A stretch of DNA of 64,000 nt from Clostridia bacterium (GCA_050950825.1 JBMNIH010000002.1:224001-288000), one strand, 5' to 3'. Shown: positions 1 through 11,011, counted from the stretch's first letter. Program-made: numbers and translations. The notes: a model not told the origin generated them from the letters alone.

Positions 1-878
1 ATGTTTCCGCCCTTGCTGACGGTGTCAATCAGCATTTGGACAAGCATATCTACGCTCTTCCAGGATTCTTCGTCTCGATTGTAACCCCAAGAACCGGAGA
101 AGGTCTGGCAAGCTTCCCAAACAACCGGTTTCCCGTTGACCTTTAACCATTCACGGGGCTGGTACTGCTCCGGAGTCTTGATGTCTTGGTCGATCTGCAA
201 ACGGTCGTTAATGATGATATCGGGCTGATGCTTTCTTACCAATTCAATCAGCTTTTCCGATCTCCATTGGTCTTTTCCTTTTCCTTCGAAACGGTCGGAT
301 TTGGCAACGGAAAAGTCATACCACAAAATATCGATCTTGCCGAACTTGGTAACCAGCTCTTCCGATTGCTTGTAGAGATATTCGACATAAAGATCCAAAT
401 TCCGTTCTTTATCCTGTGCAATATACTCCGGATTATCTCGCATAGGATGGCAGTGGTCGACGGTGTAGTGAGGATGGTGCCAATCCAACAGGGAATGATA
501 GAATCCCACCTTTAAGCCTTCTTCTCGGAAAGCTTCTACCATGGGTTTTAACAAATCTTTTCCGTAAGGCGTATTGGGCGCTTTGTACCAAGTATACGCC
601 GTATCCCACAAACAGAAGCCTTCATGGTGCTTTGTGGTGATAACAAAATACTTCATACCCGCTTCTTTTGCGGCTTTTGCCCATTCTCTTGGGTTGTACA
701 GATCGGGATTAAAGTATTTGAAATACTTTTCATATACCTGTACGGGAATCTTTTCGTAGGACATGACCCATTCGTGACGGGCAGGCAGTGCATAAAGGCC
801 CCAATGAATAAACATTCCAAAACGATCGTGGACAAACCATTCGGTATTGCCGGGCGTCTTATCGGGTTGCGGAATCAT
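1..878 (-). CDS. Alpha-L-fucosidase (GH29), partial; runs off the left edge
   Basis: Manual translation from ATG at 878 (SD GGAGG upstream): MIPQPDKTPGNTEWFVHDRFGMFIHWGLY...AKEAGMKYFVITTKHHEGFCLWD...GFYHSLLDW; these are GH29 motifs. Missing from the ORF track because it has no stop in the window. Confidence 0.92.
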   Translation of the reverse strand, partial: MIPQPDKTPGNTEWFVHDRFGMFIHWGLYALPARHEWVMSYEKIPVQVYEKYFKYFNPDLYNPREWAKAAKEAGMKYFVITTKHHEGFCLWDTAYTWYKAPNTPYGKDLLKPMVEAFREEGLKVGFYHSLLDWHHPHYTVDHCHPMRDNPEYIAQDKERNLDLYVEYLYKQSEELVTKFGKIDILWYDFSVAKSDRFEGKGKDQWRSEKLIELVRKHQPDIIINDRLQIDQDIKTPEQYQPREWLKVNGKPVVWEACQTFSGSWGYNRDEESWKSVDMLVQMLIDTVSKGGN

Positions 879-1128
879 GATAGATCCTCCTTTCGCAACG
901 AAAAATGCGGAATAGTTGAATACGTATTTAGTATATCATCCCCTGTCCGGCTGTCAATTGCAATCTCGTATAAGGAAACCCGAAGGAAGGGAAATGCCGG
1001 GCCCGAGTAAAACCCAATCGTTTCCCGGTCTTCCGGATATTACTTGTGTTGTTTTTACAATCATCCGAACACAGTATGAGGCGATTGTGATATAATTGAA
1101 GAACAATTCAATAGATTCAGGTGGTCAA

Positions 1129-2055
1129 ATGGATAAAAAAATTGAGCGACAGAAAAGGCTGCTAAAAATTTCAATAGGTCTGGCAATTTTTTTCTTTCTT
1201 CTTTCCGGGCTATTGATATATCTCAACTTTGATTACTTAGCATTTAAATTTTTAATCACACAAAAATACATATATACGGATACGCTTGATACCGTTTACG
1301 ACAAGTATTTAAAAACCGATCCGAACGGCAATTATTTAAGAAACTTTGACGATTTGGTAATCGCCCTGTCCACCATCGGCATCACCTATGAGAATAAAGA
1401 CAATTACACGTATTTGTATATTCCAGAAGCATACGAGGCGTACAAAGCGTATACCAAGGACAAAGGCTTAAAAACCGAGGTCCGCATTATCAACGATGAT
1501 ATCGTGTATCTTAGTCTGACCAATTTTTCCAAATACTCTTTGGACTTGATCAAGAAAAACATGGATGTTCTGACAAGCCGCAAAAATATCATCATTGACC
1601 TTCGGGATAACGGAGGCGGTCGGGTGGATATCATGCGCAAAACCGCTTCTTATTTCCTGCCGAAAAACGCCGTTATCGCTCAAGTGAGCTACCGCAACCG
1701 AATACAAATTACCAAGTCGCGCACAAAGCAAGTCTTAAGCTATGATAACATATATATTCTTCAAAGCGGTTCGACGGCCAGTGCCTCGGAAAACCTGATC
1801 GCCGCTTTAAAAGACAATTTGGATAACGTAACGCTCATCGGAGAAAACACCTTCGGTAAGGGCATCGGCCAGCTGACCATTCCTTTGAAGGACGGATATG
1901 CGGTAAAAGCAACAACCCTTTTATGGCAATCTCCGAAAGGATATGACATTCATCTGAAAGGAATCGCTCCCGATATCGAATACGGCGATCCGGATATGTT
2001 AGAGTACGCTATTGAATTGTTAAACAGCGTCCTAAGTACGGAAAACGTTGAATAA
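1129..2055 (+). CDS. S41-family (CtpA-like) peptidase, membrane-anchored
   Basis: N-terminal TM helix; IIDLRDNGGG, TASASE (catalytic Ser) and GENTFGKG motifs; ATG 1129 follows AGGTGG. Confidence 0.88.
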   Translation: MDKKIERQKRLLKISIGLAIFFFLLSGLLIYLNFDYLAFKFLITQKYIYTDTLDTVYDKYLKTDPNGNYLRNFDDLVIALSTIGITYENKDNYTYLYIPEAYEAYKAYTKDKGLKTEVRIINDDIVYLSLTNFSKYSLDLIKKNMDVLTSRKNIIIDLRDNGGGRVDIMRKTASYFLPKNAVIAQVSYRNRIQITKSRTKQVLSYDNIYILQSGSTASASENLIAALKDNLDNVTLIGENTFGKGIGQLTIPLKDGYAVKATTLLWQSPKGYDIHLKGIAPDIEYGDPDMLEYAIELLNSVLSTENVE

Positions 2056-2061
2056 GAAATT

Positions 2062-2099
2062 AAAAAAGCCCGGCGGGACCTTGGTCCTCCGGGCTTTAT
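2062..2099. terminator. Bidirectional intrinsic terminator
   Basis: AAAGCCCGG-GGACC/GGTCC-CCGGGCTTT hairpin between convergent genes. Confidence 0.75.
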
Positions 2100-2109
2100 A
2101 CATACCGGT

Positions 2110-3480
2110 TTAATCTCTCTCACTGAGCTTTGTATATTTTTTCGGCGTAACCACGTTTTTGTATGCCGGTCTCATGATCTTTCCGCCGTTAATCAATTCC
2201 TCGATGCGGTGTCCGCACCATCCTACGATTCGGGATACGGCGAACAGGGGCGTGTACATATCCTTCGGTATCCCCAGCATATCCAACAAGAAGCCGGAAT
2301 AAAAGTCTACATTCGCACTGATAGCTTTATTCAAGCCCTTATGCTCGTTAAACAAAGCGGGCGATATTCTTTCGATCATATCGTACAATTTAAATTCATC
2401 CGTTCTGCCGGTTTTTTCGGCCAAGTATTTGGCTTGTTCTTTTAATATGACGGCTCTGGGGTCGGATAAGGTATAAACCGCATGGCCGATCCCGTATATC
2501 AAGCCGGTCCGGTCATAAGCCTTCTTTTGCAGTATCTTTTTTAAGTAATCCGCCACTTCGTTTTCATCGTCCCAGTTCTTCACGTTGGCCTTAATCTCAT
2601 CCATCATGCCCATAACCTTTATGTTTGCACCGCCGTGCCTCGGCCCCTTCAAAGAACCGATGGCCGCTACAATGGCGGAGTAAATATCCGTTCCGGAAGA
2701 GGATACTACGTGGGTGGCAAATGCCGAGTTGTTACCGCCACCGTGTTCGGCATGGAGTATGAGGAACAAATCCAAAATTTTCGCTTCTTCTCTTGTGTAC
2801 TGTCCGTCGGAACGGATCAGCCTTAATATGTTCTCGGCGGAGCTTAATTCCGGCAAGGGATTCCGAATATGCAGCGTTTTGTTGTTGTAGTTGTACTCCT
2901 TCGCTTGGTATCCGTAGGAAACAAAGGACGGAAACATAGCGATCAAAAGGATGCTTTGAACGATGTTGTTTTTTACATCCAAATTATCCGGATCGTCGTC
3001 AAAAGAGTACATGGCCAAAACATATCTTGCCAGCATGTTCATCAAGTCTTTGCTGGGAAAAGCCAAAATGACGTCTTCCAAGAAACCGTCCGGCAATCTT
3101 CTTTGGCTGCCCAAAAGCTCGGTGAAGGTTTCCAACTCTTTTTTACCGGGTAATTTCCCGAAAAGGATCAAATAGCATACTTCTTCAAAGCCGAAGCGAT
3201 CCTCTTCCAGTATTCCGGAGATGATTTCCTCCACGTCAATGCCTCGGTAACGCAAACGGCCGTGGACGGGTACTTTCTCGTTTTCGTCCATGATATATCC
3301 GTGAACATCACCGATTTCGGTCAATCCCACCAAGACGCCGGTTCCGTCTTCGTTTCGTAATCCTCTCTTTACGTTGTACCTCCAATACAACTCCGGAGAT
3401 ATCTTATTGGTTGCAATGGTTTCATCCGTAATTTTATCAATGAAACCGTTATAGTTTTCTACAATAAGTCTTTTCTTCAT
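2110..3480 (-). CDS. gltA: Citrate synthase (citrate/2-methylcitrate synthase family)
   Basis: LHAEHGGGNNS, GPRHGGAN, GIGHAVY-DPRA and ANVDFYSG motifs. Confidence 0.92.
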   Translation of the reverse strand: MKKRLIVENYNGFIDKITDETIATNKISPELYWRYNVKRGLRNEDGTGVLVGLTEIGDVHGYIMDENEKVPVHGRLRYRGIDVEEIISGILEEDRFGFEEVCYLILFGKLPGKKELETFTELLGSQRRLPDGFLEDVILAFPSKDLMNMLARYVLAMYSFDDDPDNLDVKNNIVQSILLIAMFPSFVSYGYQAKEYNYNNKTLHIRNPLPELSSAENILRLIRSDGQYTREEAKILDLFLILHAEHGGGNNSAFATHVVSSSGTDIYSAIVAAIGSLKGPRHGGANIKVMGMMDEIKANVKNWDDENEVADYLKKILQKKAYDRTGLIYGIGHAVYTLSDPRAVILKEQAKYLAEKTGRTDEFKLYDMIERISPALFNEHKGLNKAISANVDFYSGFLLDMLGIPKDMYTPLFAVSRIVGWCGHRIEELINGGKIMRPAYKNVVTPKKYTKLSERD

Positions 3481-4169
3481 AGCATAATCTCCTTACTGTC
3501 TCCATTTATGACATTCAACCAGTATACTCTTGCATTCTTTACATGAAGGTACATCATTTCCTCGGCTTGCCGAGCATTGTGTTCCTTCAAAGCGGTTAAT
3601 ATTGCTCTGTGCTCTTCCAAAACCTTTTCCGCTCGCTCCGGCGTTGCCAAAGCTTGGCTTCGAGCACGTTGAACATATTTATGAAACATTTTTAAAACAT
3701 GGATGAGAGGACGGCTGTCGCAGGCGCAGAAAATGATATCGTGAAAAAGCGTATCGATTTTCATCAGCTGTTCCGCATCTTTCTTTTGTGTAAAAAACTC
3801 CTGCAATTCCAACGCTCTCTCTAAAGCTTGAAGCTCCTCGTCCGTTATCCCGGTAGCGGCCCATCGTGCGGCCAAGCCTTCAATCAAGACGCGGATTTCG
3901 TATATATCGCGGATATCTTTCTCCGAGATGCCTTTAACGATGGCTCCTTTATTCGGTATGTACTCTACGAGCCCCTCAAGCTCCAACTGTCTGATCGCTT
4001 CCCTTACCGGAGTCCGGCTGACGCCCAATTCCGCGGAAAGACGAACTTCGGTTAAGTTTTCTCCGTCTCTTAAATGCCCTTCGATAATGGCATTTTGAAG
4101 CTTTTCAAACACCTTGCTTCTTAAAGAGCCTATATCCTCCGGATTAATTTCATCCAACTTACTAAACAT
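3477..4169 (-). CDS. GntR/FadR-family transcriptional regulator, coupled to gltA
   Basis: wHTH LSAELGVSRTPVREA plus FCD domain; 4-bp overlap with gltA. Confidence 0.92.
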   Translation of the reverse strand: MFSKLDEINPEDIGSLRSKVFEKLQNAIIEGHLRDGENLTEVRLSAELGVSRTPVREAIRQLELEGLVEYIPNKGAIVKGISEKDIRDIYEIRVLIEGLAARWAATGITDEELQALERALELQEFFTQKKDAEQLMKIDTLFHDIIFCACDSRPLIHVLKMFHKYVQRARSQALATPERAEKVLEEHRAILTALKEHNARQAEEMMYLHVKNARVYWLNVINGDSKEIML

Positions 4170-4204
4170 AAAGATTTACCTCAATCCGACATTTAATGAG
4201 TTAG

Positions 4205-4233
4205 ATTGTATACAAATATACATTATCCGTCAA
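4205..4233 (-). promoter_or_regulatory. Sigma-A promoter TTGACG-17-TACAAT with overlapping TTGTATACAA palindrome (probable GntR autoregulatory operator)
   Basis: -35 at 4233-4228, -10 at 4210-4205; palindrome at 4206-4215 matches FadR-subfamily operators. Confidence 0.7.
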
Positions 4234-4489
4234 TATCTTTTTAAACTTTTTTGAAAAATATATTATCCTAAATTTCAAAAATGCCGAATAAATGAAATCA
4301 AAAGCAGAAATATGGGGCGTTTAAAACTTATTACGAAATTTTACCCGTCACCATGTTTCATTTGCATAATTATACGAAATAGGAGACAAAAATTCCTATT
4401 TATACAGGAAAAAGATTTATATCAAAAAAAGGACAAAGATCCGAAAGATACGAAAAAAGACCGGATTCCGCCGGAGTTTCGACCGTTTC

Positions 4490-5194
4490 TTAAGAAAGGA
4501 CCTGATCTTGGTTATTGTTATCATCGTCCTCAATCTCTTGGATTTCCTGACGTTCTTCCATGTTGTTGATGTTGGGAATTTCCATCTTGGTTACGGAAAC
4601 CTCATAAGCGGTTTTATTCTCGACCGTACCGTCATCGTATTTTTTCTGATAATCGCGGCTTTGTATGCGACCCCAAATACGAATATTATCTCCTACCTTC
4701 AGTCTTCGTGAATACCGGGCGTTTCTCCCCCATGCGATACACGGTATGTAATCGGATTTGTTATACGGCCTGTTAATGGCCAGCAACAGATCGGTAATTT
4801 CTCGTCCGAAGGGCGTCGTTCGATATACCGGCTTTTTACATATAAATCCGCATAGATAAATTTGATTGGGGTTTTTGATTTCGTTATAGTCGTTGATGAA
4901 TTCGATTTCCCTGGCAAACAAGGTTAACAACAGCTTGCTTCCGTAAGGATTCATATTGTTGTAGGATCGGAACTGACCGTCTACCAAAATTTGTTTTCCG
5001 GGCGTTAATGTATGAATATCCAGCAAACGATCGGATACCGTTATTAATATCGTGTCATAGCTGGAACTCAGTCTTGGGATACGCAAGAAGAAGTTATAAA
5101 AGGATTCACTGTATATCTCGTGACTGAACTTTAATTCCGAAGCGATCTCTCCTGCCAAGCTGGCAATATTGTTGTCTATTGTATATTCGCTCAT
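4490..5194 (-). CDS. ssb: Single-stranded DNA-binding protein (two OB folds, clostridial type)
   Basis: Two SSB-like halves (VDGQFRSYN; KSDYIPCIAWGRNA..GRIQSRDY) and an acidic tail. Confidence 0.85.
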   Translation of the reverse strand: MSEYTIDNNIASLAGEIASELKFSHEIYSESFYNFFLRIPRLSSSYDTILITVSDRLLDIHTLTPGKQILVDGQFRSYNNMNPYGSKLLLTLFAREIEFINDYNEIKNPNQIYLCGFICKKPVYRTTPFGREITDLLLAINRPYNKSDYIPCIAWGRNARYSRRLKVGDNIRIWGRIQSRDYQKKYDDGTVENKTAYEVSVTKMEIPNINNMEERQEIQEIEDDDNNNQDQVLS

Positions 5195-5436
5195 CGTTTC
5201 CTCCTCTGAATCCGTTCCATACCATCACGTACGGTCGATTCGAAATCCATGCGGTGTGTGCTTTCTTGTCATTATAAACTACAACGATGCAAAATGCAAT
5301 ATTATTACATAATTAATATCTTCTTCGAATTTTACAATCATTTTTTTACAAAATCGATTCCTCTCGTCATATTCAAAGCGGATGAGTTCTTTTCTAGGAA
5401 ATCCTGTTTCATGAAACTTTACATTCTTCGCTTTTC

Positions 5437-5620
5437 ATTTTACCACATCACGGGTAAACAAATACATGCGCAATTGCTATAAATTTAATTTTTTTCGGTA
5501 TTTTTATACCGATTCTCTATCCTTTCTTCGGAACAGGAGCATGTAAAGAAAAAGATTGGCGATAAGCAGATCGGGATTTCCTGTAAAAAGTATCTTTTGT
5601 TTTCCCGAATCCATCTTCTC
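5437..5620 (+). repeat. 184-bp direct repeat, left copy (target duplication of the IS1634-family element)
   Basis: Matches 10828-11011 by eye (ATTTTACCACATC...CCATCTTCTC); abuts the element's IR. Confidence 0.92.
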
Positions 5621-6198
5621 GGGTCTTTGACAGTTTAAAAATGAAAAAATCCCCAAAAGCCTTGATATAGGCTTATTTTTTTGTCAATTTTTCTATATTA
5701 ATATTGCACAATGTATCACAATGTGCTAATATAAGTATATATCTAAAGTAGGTGATATCATGAGACTGCAAATATCCGGTTCGAGAAATGCCGCTTCTTA
5801 TTATGTTGTCAAAACCGTTTACGAGAACGGAAAAAAAACAAATAAGATTCATGAAAAACTTGGAACTCACGCGGAACTAAAAGCTAAATTAGGTGATAAG
5901 GATCCCAAAGAATGGGCTGAAGAATACGTTAAAGAATTGAATCGCCAAATGAAAGAAGGAAAAGAACCCGATATCATCGTGAAATATTCTCCTTATAAGC
6001 GGATTGAAAAAGACATACAACGGTTATTTAACGGAGGGTACCTTTTTCTACAGCAGATTTACCATGAACTTAAATTGAATATTCCGAGGTGGCGGAGCCA
6101 CCTAATCTTTTAAGATAGAGCCATCTGTTCCGTTACAGAGAGCCGGTAATATGATAGCGGGAGCCACCACTTTACCGATGACTCCCTGAGAATGAATC

Positions 6199-6945
6199 TT
6201 AATCCTGTATAATGCGTTTACGTTGACGCATAGAAACATCACCATCAATTTTCATTATGTAAGCAGACGGAACTATACGGTCTAGAATGGAATCGGCAAG
6301 AGCGCTACCGCCTAACCTTTGATGCCAACCTTCGGGGGTAAATTGAGAGCAAAATATGGTGGATGCATGCCCGCATCTGTATTCCATAAGTTCAAGGAGG
6401 TCACGCTGCTCTTGATCTGACGCAGGAATAAGGAGAAACTCATCCAATATGACAAGGGCATATTTCTGATACTGTCTCATTATCTGTTGATACTTTCCTT
6501 GGATACGCGCCGCCTCCAATTCACTGAATAGCTCAGGGAGACGAACATACCTTGTCTTGTATCCGGATTGACATGCGTTAACTCCAAGTGCATTCGCTAT
6601 GTAGGTTTTACCGCATCCGGTTGCCCCAATTAAAATGACATTTAAACCTCTACGAATATATTCATTATCAGCAAGATTATTCAAAAGATCACGGTTTAGA
6701 TGGCGATCCGGAAGGTAGTCAATGTTACCAAGGAAGGCGGAAGAATTAGAGAATCTTGCATTCTTGATGAGTCGCTTGATATTGTTATTGTGTCTGGAAT
6801 CGAATTCGGCATCCGCTAAAAGGGTCAACCGCTCGTGGAATGACAAAGACGAATATTCCGTTTCATTATCAATTTGTCTTTGGTATGCTTCAGCGAAGGC
6901 GGGCAGTTTCATGGCTTTCAGCTTTCTAATCGTCTCATTTTTCAT
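6199..6945 (-). CDS. istB: IS21 helper ATPase IstB
   Basis: Walker A GATGCGKT, Walker B VILDE, ADSILDR; start MKNETI after GGAGG. Confidence 0.93.
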   Translation of the reverse strand: MKNETIRKLKAMKLPAFAEAYQRQIDNETEYSSLSFHERLTLLADAEFDSRHNNNIKRLIKNARFSNSSAFLGNIDYLPDRHLNRDLLNNLADNEYIRRGLNVILIGATGCGKTYIANALGVNACQSGYKTRYVRLPELFSELEAARIQGKYQQIMRQYQKYALVILDEFLLIPASDQEQRDLLELMEYRCGHASTIFCSQFTPEGWHQRLGGSALADSILDRIVPSAYIMKIDGDVSMRQRKRIIQD

Positions 6946-8283
6946 GTTTTTCACCTCCGAAGTAAGCAGCACCTCTTATGATGGCGTATTTATCAGAGGA
7001 AGTATCGTCAGTTTTGTTGGGTTTGGACATTTCTGACGACTTTTTATCTTGGCCTGCTTCTAAAATCAGGCGAATGTTTTTGTAGCGAGGGTTGGGTATC
7101 TTGGTAAGTGCTATTCGACAGGCATCTTCTAACCTTTCAGGTGTATATTTGTCGGACAGTTTCAGAAGCGATAGGCAGCCTTTGTATGCCTGTTCTTCTA
7201 TTCGATAGGATTCAAACATTCTCCGGACGACCTGCTTTGTGGCTTCGCCGATATCGGAAGCCCATTTCAGAAAACGTGTGGAATCCCATTCGCTGTACAA
7301 TTGGTGGTTCGCCGGCATATGATCAACCACGGTGGAATACTGTCCCCTGCGGCCATACAAGCGTTTATGACTACAAATACGGGTTCCTTTGTAATAGACT
7401 TCGATGATACTCTTGGTATACCTAACGTCTACCTTCTTTTTAACATATTCATAAGGTACTGAATAGTATTGTTGATCTATGGCAATATGGTAATTCAGCT
7501 GTACCGTCGCTGTTTTCCATTGTGCCAATTCGTACGGGTATTTAGGCAGCGATTGCATGAAGGGAAGTTCTTCTTCCATGAAAACCGAATAACGGCTGCC
7601 ATCCTTCTTCTGGAATGGATTTTGGTTGAATTTATCCAATTCCTTGAGAATTGCTTTATTCAATTCTTCAATACTGAAGAACTGACGATTTCGTAACCTT
7701 GCTATGATATGGGATGTCAGATTACCTACAGTAGTTTCTACGGCTGCTTTATCACGCGGGGCCATAATGCGAGCCGGTAGAATGGCTGTTTGGTAGTGAT
7801 CTGCTAACTCTTGATATGCGCGATTAACAATAGGATCTTCATGTTTCTTGTTTTCGAGGATCCCAACCTTAAGGTTATCGGGTATTAACATCCTGGTTGT
7901 TCCTCCGAAGTACTCATACATGCTAATATGAGCATTTATCCAGTCTTCCTCCTTCATGGTAAGACATGCTTTTGCATAACAGTACATGCTAAACGGAAGA
8001 GTCCCGACAAACAAATAAACCTTGCAGCTTTTTCCTGTCAATTTGTCATATAGCGGCAAGGTGGCTCCATCCCAATCTACCATTAATTTATCTCCGGGTT
8101 TATGCCGGATATGCATTGTAAGGCTGTTTTTGTCTACATAGTCCTGGTAGAGTTTACAGTACTGAGAATACATGTAGGGCGGTTTACCCTCGTTACGACA
8201 AGCGTCAACATATTCTTGCCACAGAAGCTTTAATGTTACTCCGCTTTTCAGTAGTTCTTTGTGGATGTAATCAAAGTCAGGGG
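6935..8283 (-). pseudogene. istA: IS21 transposase IstA, N-terminally truncated
   Basis: DDE motifs MVDWDG, IPDNLK and DKAAVE; begins at PDFDYIHKEL with no N-terminal HTH. Confidence 0.85.
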
Positions 8284-9718
8284 TGAACTTAAATTGCATC
8301 AACTGTGTAAAGAGATATCTGAAAAATATAAATTTGAGTTTAATTTGGATTCCATTCTCTCCCGATTGGTTTACGGTAGAATACTATTCCCTTTATCGAA
8401 GCTTGGAACTTTTGAAGAATCAAAAAAGTTTATCGAACAACCGGATTTTAAGTTACATCAAATATACAGAGCGCTTGAATACCTCGCCAAAGAAATCGAT
8501 TTCATACAAAGCTTTTTATACAAAAATAGTCTTAAGATTTCGAAAAGAAATACCGGGATACTTTACTATGATTGCACGAACTTCTATTTCGAGATTGAAG
8601 AGGAAGACGGTATAAAGCAATACGGAGCGAGTAAGGACCACAAACCCAATCCAATCGTGCAGATGGGGCTATTCATGGACGGAGACGGTATTCCTCTTGC
8701 TTTTAGTCTTTTTAACGGGAACATGAATGAACAGCTCACGTTAAAGCCGTTGGAAAAGAAAATCCTGTCCGACTTCGAACTATCTAAGTTCGTTGTCTGT
8801 ACCGATGCGGGTCTTTCTTCAGAAGCCAATCGCAGGTTTAATGACAGAGAAGAACGTGCCTTTATCACCACGCAGTCCGTCAAAAAATTGAAAGCACATC
8901 TTAAAAAGTGGGCCCTTGATCCAACCGGTTGGAAACTTTCCGGGAGCGATAAGATTCATGATATTTCAAAACTTGATGAGATGATAGAAAAAGCCGACGC
9001 GAAGGGCAAAGAAAGAATACGCTCCATGGTTTTCTACAAAGAACGCTGGATTAAAGAAGATGATTTCGAGCAAAAATTGATTGTAACGTACTGTGTAAGA
9101 TACAGGGATTATCAGCGTAGTATACGTAATTCCCAAATAGAACGTGCGGAAAAGATAATGGAACAAAATCCTAGCGTGATAAAGAAATCCAGACAAAATG
9201 ACTGCAAACGATTTATCAAAAAGACAAACGTAACAACAAATGGTGAAATTGCAGAAAAAGAATTATACAGCATAGACACTGCTCTGATAGAGAAAGAAGC
9301 ATCTTATGACGGTTTTTATGGGGTATGCACGAATTTGGATGATGACGTATCACAAATTATCAAGATCAATCAGCGAAGATGGGAAATTGAAGAATGCTTC
9401 AGAATCATGAAAAGTGAGTTTGAAGCGAGACCCGTATATTTAACTCGAAAAGAACGAATAGAAGCGCATTTCATTACTTGCTTCATAGCTTTAGTTATTT
9501 ACAGACTTCTTGAAAAAAGGCTTAATGAAAAATTCACTTGCGGTGAGATTATCGGCGAATTAAGAGAAATGAACTTTAAGAGGATTGAAGGAGAGGGATA
9601 TGAGCCGCTTTATACAAGAACCGATTTCACCGATGCCTTACATGAAGCTTTTGGTTTTCATACGGATTATGAAATTGTCACTCTGAAGCAAATGAAAAAA
9701 ATTTTTAAAATCACAAAA

Positions 9719-10305
9719 TGTAGATGATTCACTGTCTCAAGTACAAAATCAACTTCCAAAGATGGACTCACTACCCATGCTAGGAGTTCTTTTGTACAGG
9801 CATCTATAATAGTAGACATATAGCATCTAGGTGCTCTACCGTTAATAATATATGTGATATCTGTAAGCAGAACTTTCCGTGGTCCATGTTCCTCAAACTC
9901 GCGATTCAGGAGATTTGGAGCGACATAGGAAGTACCTATCGCTTTTGCTATACGTCTGTATGGATTTGCTTTGCGAATTGGGCATTTTAATCCATACTTC
10001 TTCATAAGACGCCGAATCTTTTTTATGTTCATGACAACCGGTGGAGTCTGATGCAGTAATCTCATATAAATCCCACGTGCACCCTTATCATATCCTCTGT
10101 GTTTATATGCTTCTATGATGAGAAGAAAATCCTGTTGATCCTGTTCTTCTTTCTGTTTTCTAACTTCTTCTGTAGTGAGATAGTGATAATAGCCGGATCT
10201 AGAAACACCAGCGATTTCGCACAGGACAGAAACATTTAAAAGATTCCCATGCAGTGCTACTGTTTCTTGTATGATTTTATACTTGGCATTTGCAGGAATG
10301 ATCAT
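9719..10305 (-). pseudogene. IS3-family OrfB (integrase core), truncated
   Basis: GVSRSGYY, KKIRRLMKKYGL, NLLNREF, LLTDITY and STIIDA present; HSDQG and the catalytic Glu are absent. Confidence 0.85.
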
Positions 10306-10706
10306 AATTCCCGTGCCTCCGGATCTAAAGATACAATTTTTTTTAGAAACTCTATCTCTTGCTCCTTATATGCCAGTTGCATCTCTAGGTATTTAATCCT
10401 GTTTTCTGCTGACATATAGCCGTTTCCAGCTTGCATATAAGTATTCAAGTCACGGAATCCATTGCCTTTTTTTACTTCATTACGGATCATTGTTTTTAAT
10501 CCGCCAATCCTTATTTCGCCTAGTATCTCGGGATTAATGCCAAGAGATTTAACTATATCTTTTGGTAATTTCCCTTGCATTAGTGCATTCCAGAATTCTT
10601 TTTTGAATTCCGCAGAGAAGTGTACAGTGCTTGGTGATACATCCAGAACATACTTGCTTTTTCTTAACTCGGACATTTCTTCTGGGGTAAATTTCTTATT
10701 TGCCAT
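10302..10706 (-). CDS. IS3-family OrfA (HTH)
   Basis: Ends EQEIEFLKKI with an A8 run; ATGA overlap with orfB. Confidence 0.8.
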   Translation of the reverse strand: MANKKFTPEEMSELRKSKYVLDVSPSTVHFSAEFKKEFWNALMQGKLPKDIVKSLGINPEILGEIRIGGLKTMIRNEVKKGNGFRDLNTYMQAGNGYMSAENRIKYLEMQLAYKEQEIEFLKKIVSLDPEAREL

Positions 10707-10760
10707 ATATGCCTCCAATCCAACTACATTTAACATTGTGCATTTTATTGATCAACAAAA

Positions 10761-10803
10761 AAAGCTTGAAACCCAGTATTCTCAACGGGTTTCAAGCTTT
10801 TTA
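10761..10803. terminator. 14-bp stem hairpin near the IS1634 right end
   Basis: AAAGCTTGAAACCC-12 nt-GGGTTTCAAGCTTT. Confidence 0.7.
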
Positions 10804-10827
10804 TTCTCAAAAAGTGTCAAAGACCGA

Positions 10828-11011
10828 ATTTTACCACATCACGGGTAAACAAATACATGCGCAATTGCTATAAATTTAATTTTTTTCGGTATTTTTATAC
10901 CGATTCTCTATCCTTTCTTCGGAACAGGAGCATGTAAAGAAAAAGATTGGCGATAAGCAGATCGGGATTTCCTGTAAAAAGTATCTTTTGTTTTCCCGAA
11001 TCCATCTTCTC
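10828..11011 (+). repeat. 184-bp direct repeat, right copy; includes the 3' end of the patatin gene
   Basis: Matches 5437-5620. Confidence 0.92.

Larger units (their letters stand above)
6076..8283 (-). mobile_element. IS21-family element, left end missing
   Basis: Right end begins TGAATATTCCG with four GAGCC repeats about 22 bp apart (6095-6170); istA-istB pair. Confidence 0.85.
5760..9727 (+). pseudogene. IS1634-family transposase, split into 5760-6075 and 8284-9727 by an IS21 insertion
   Basis: Joining YHELKL|HQLC restores one frame; motifs LYYDCTNFYFE, YGASKDHKPNP, VCTDAGL, RWEIEECFRIMK and RIEAHFITCF. Confidence 0.88.
9719..10757 (-). mobile_element. IS3-family element, 3'-truncated
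   Basis: IRL TGTTGATCAATAAAATGCACAA at 10757; orfA and orfB; orfB stops after the first catalytic Asp region. Confidence 0.8.
5621..10827 (+). mobile_element. IS1634-family element with nested IS21 and IS3 remnants
   Basis: Terminal IRs GGTCTTTGACA / TGTCAAAGACC; split IS1634-type transposase; long flanking direct repeats. Confidence 0.88.

Noticed and set aside
6090-6175. Regularly spaced GAGCC repeats as a mini-CRISPR
   Set aside because: The repeats are 5-8 bp and lie within the IS21 end, as expected for IstA binding sites; there are no cas genes in the window.
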